Shown: in pieces, positions 62,161-64,000 of the stretch | How positions within the stretch are numbered: the first letter of the stretch is position 1 | Layout of the letters: each line of letters opens with the position of its first letter | Notes under the pieces: generated by a model | The model's input: the letters and a program-made list of their open reading frames with translations, nothing else | What the model was told of the DNA's origin: nothing | Database searches by the model: none | Made by a program: the position numbers and the translations under genes | Assembly: GCA_964651535.1 (NCBI GenBank) | Contig: CAZYYE010000001.1 | Coordinates: 273,547-337,546, forward strand | Length of the DNA stretch: 64,000 nucleotides | Source of the DNA: an uncultured Cryobacterium sp. | Lineage (GTDB): Bacteria > Actinomycetota > Actinomycetes > Actinomycetales > Microbacteriaceae | Direction: 5' to 3'

Positions 62161-63102
62161 GTGCCTGACAAGGAGTTAGACAAACTCGAAGACCTCGACC
62201 TTGCGACTGCCACCGAGCAGTCTTCCGAGGTCGCGGAAGCGCAGGAAGGCGATGTGCTTGAGAAAGAAGTTGCCGCCGACGCGCTCGCGGCAGAGCGTGA
62301 GCTGAACGTGGTCGGAATGAAGCTCGTCGGCGAAGGCGAGGGCGTCGAGGCGAAGCTCGAGGCGGCACTCGATGTCGTGCGGTCCGCGTCGGACCCGGAA
62401 GCGGATGCCGCAGTGGCGGATGCCAAGGAGGAGATCGCGGCACAGGAGGCCGTCGACGAGGCTGCAGCCGAGGCCGCGGAAGTCGAGGTCGACCCGTATG
62501 CGGAATTCCGCGCCGAGCTCAAGGCCAAGCCGGGCAAGTGGTACGTGATCCACTCCTACGCGGGATTCGAGAAGCGCGTGAAGTCGAACATCGAGAACCG
62601 CCGCGTGAGCATGGCCATGGAGGATTACGTCTTCGAGGTGCAGGTTCCCATGGAGGATGTCGTCGAGATCAAGAACGGCCAGCGCAAGCTCGTCAACCGC
62701 GTGCGCATTCCCGGGTATGTGCTTGTTCGCATGGAGCTCAACGAAGACAGCTGGTCGGTCGTGCGCCACACCCCCGGCGTCACCGGATTCGTGGGCAACT
62801 CGCACAACCCGACCCCGCTGCGGTTCGAGGAGGCGTTCTCGATGCTGCAAAGCCTCGTCCAGATCGTCGAAGCACCCGCGAAGGCCGGCGCAAAGGGCGG
62901 CAAGTCGACGGCGCGAAGCATTCCGCAGGAAGTCGATTTCGAGGTCGGAGAGACCATCACGATCAAGGAAGGCTCGTTCGCGGGCCTGCCGGGATCCATC
63001 AGCGAGATCAAGCCGGAGAGTGGCAAGCTCACGGTGCTCGTCTCGCTCTTCGAGCGTGAAACCCCGGTCGAACTCAGCTTCGACCAGGTCACCAAGCTCT
63101 AA
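62161..63102 (+). CDS. nusG: Transcription termination/antitermination protein NusG (with acidic N-terminal extension)
   Basis: NGN domain [14 protein letters not shown] and [24 protein letters not shown]. The first ~120 aa are an E/A/D-rich extension. Confidence 0.9.
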   Translation: MPDKELDKLEDLDLATATEQSSEVAEAQEGDVLEKEVAADALAAERELNVVGMKLVGEGEGVEAKLEAALDVVRSASDPEADAAVADAKEEIAAQEAVDEAAAEAAEVEVDPYAEFRAELKAKPGKWYVIHSYAGFEKRVKSNIENRRVSMAMEDYVFEVQVPMEDVVEIKNGQRKLVNRVRIPGYVLVRMELNEDSWSVVRHTPGVTGFVGNSHNPTPLRFEEAFSMLQSLVQIVEAPAKAGAKGGKSTARSIPQEVDFEVGETITIKEGSFAGLPGSISEIKPESGKLTVLVSLFERETPVELSFDQVTKL

Positions 63103-63176
63103 CCCCACAAACCACCGCATCCGGTCCGGATGTCGGGAGCGTCATCCAACCGGATGGCACGACAGTAAGGAAAACA

Positions 63177-63608
63177 ATGGCACCGAAGAAGAAGGTCACT
63201 GGGCTCATCAAGCTCCAGATTCAGGCCGGCGCCGCGAACCCTGCACCGCCCATCGGGCCGGCGCTCGGCCAGCACGGCGTGAACATCATGGAGTTCTGCA
63301 AGGCGTACAACGCAGCGACGGAGTCGCAGCGCGGCAACGTCATTCCCGTGGAGATCACGGTGTACGAGGACCGCTCGTTCACGTTCATCCTGAAGACCCC
63401 GCCCGCCGCGGAGCTCATCAAGAAGGCGGCCGGCGTCCAAAAGGGTTCAGGTACTCCGCACACCGAGAAGGTCGGCAAGCTGTCCAAGGATTCGCTGCGC
63501 CAGATCGCGGAGACGAAGATGGCCGACCTCAACGCGAACGACGTCGAAGCGGCAGAGAAGATCATCGCGGGCACCGCCCGTTCGATGGGGATCACGGTGG
63601 AGGCGTAA
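63177..63608 (+). CDS. rplK: 50S ribosomal protein L11
   Basis: [45 protein letters not shown] is the canonical uL11 N terminus. Confidence 0.95.
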   Translation: MAPKKKVTGLIKLQIQAGAANPAPPIGPALGQHGVNIMEFCKAYNAATESQRGNVIPVEITVYEDRSFTFILKTPPAAELIKKAAGVQKGSGTPHTEKVGKLSKDSLRQIAETKMADLNANDVEAAEKIIAGTARSMGITVEA

Positions 63609-63610
63609 TC

Positions 63611-64000
63611 ATGGCTACGAAATCCAAGGCATACCGCGCCGCTGCCGAAAAGCTGGAGGCAGGGAAGTACTACACGCCGCGCGAAGCGGTGGGCATCGCC
63701 CGCACGACGGGTTCGGCGAAGTTCGACTCCACGGTCGAAGTTGCCCTCAAGCTCGGCGTCGACCCGCGCAAGGCGGATCAGATGGTGCGCGGCACGGTCA
63801 TCCTGCCGCACGGTACGGGCAAGACGGCGCGCGTGATCGTGTTCGCGACAGGCCCCGCCGCAGAGGCGGCCATCGCTGCCGGCGCGGATGAGGTCGGCGG
63901 CGCCGAGCTCATCGAGAAGGTCGCGGGCGGGTACACGAACTTCGACGCGGCGGTCTCGACACCGGAGCTCATGGGCCAGGTCGGCCGCCTCGGAAAGGTA
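63611..64000 (+). CDS. rplA: 50S ribosomal protein L1, N-terminal 130 codons (runs off the right edge)
   Basis: Hand translation: [71 protein letters not shown], canonical uL1. Confidence 0.9.
   Translation, partial: MATKSKAYRAAAEKLEAGKYYTPREAVGIARTTGSAKFDSTVEVALKLGVDPRKADQMVRGTVILPHGTGKTARVIVFATGPAAEAAIAAGADEVGGAELIEKVAGGYTNFDAAVSTPELMGQVGRLGKV

Overview
High-G+C actinobacterial chromosome segment, with Micrococcales/Microbacteriaceae-like gene order (my inference). All calls come from reading the supplied translations and hand-translating short regions; no database search was run.

Left to right:
- trkA/trkH potassium uptake.
- A conserved small-gene block that includes the 32-aa ribosomal protein bS22, which is missing from the ORF track.
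- aspS.
- The system II cytochrome c maturation cluster: PGAM-like phosphatase, TlpA/ResA, CcdA, ResB, CcsB.
- A dispersed menaquinone cluster (menC, menB, menE, menA, menD, menF, menG, polyprenyl synthase). It is interrupted by a DUF222/HNH gene preceded by a perfect LexA box.
- fprA-like reductase, cardiolipin synthase, yajQ, cell-wall hydrolases.
- The conserved actinobacterial backbone tRNA-Tyr / tRNA-Thr / tRNA-Met ... MaoC-type dehydratase pair / murB ... tRNA-Trp / secE / nusG / rplK / rplA.

That backbone is split by two accessory blocks.

The most interesting object is a 4.6-kb integrative element in the 3' half of tRNA-Met, bounded by 44-bp perfect direct repeats at 31564-31607 and 36157-36200. 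All six of its genes lie on the minus strand: tyrosine integrase, an HTH protein, a small 3-TM effector, a class III nucleotide cyclase, a triple-CxxC miniprotein and a RepSA-like replication initiator. The AT-richer cyclase + TM-effector pair looks like a Pycsar-type cyclic-nucleotide antiphage cassette. Its unusual features are a Cys-bearing C-terminal extension on the cyclase and recurring GACTA-repeat sites in front of the element's transcription units.

Other points worth a second look:
- An orphan 27-codon ORF with its own promoter-like boxes, a perfect SD and a terminator, sitting where rpmG normally lies.
- A 20-bp perfect hairpin just upstream of the dehydratase genes.
- A decayed paralogue of a small conserved gene.
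- An hsp20/HspR-like divergent control region.
- An IMPase start codon that shares its A with the encoded CCA end of tRNA-Tyr.

The very long antisense ORFs in the track are high-GC shadow ORFs and were rejected.
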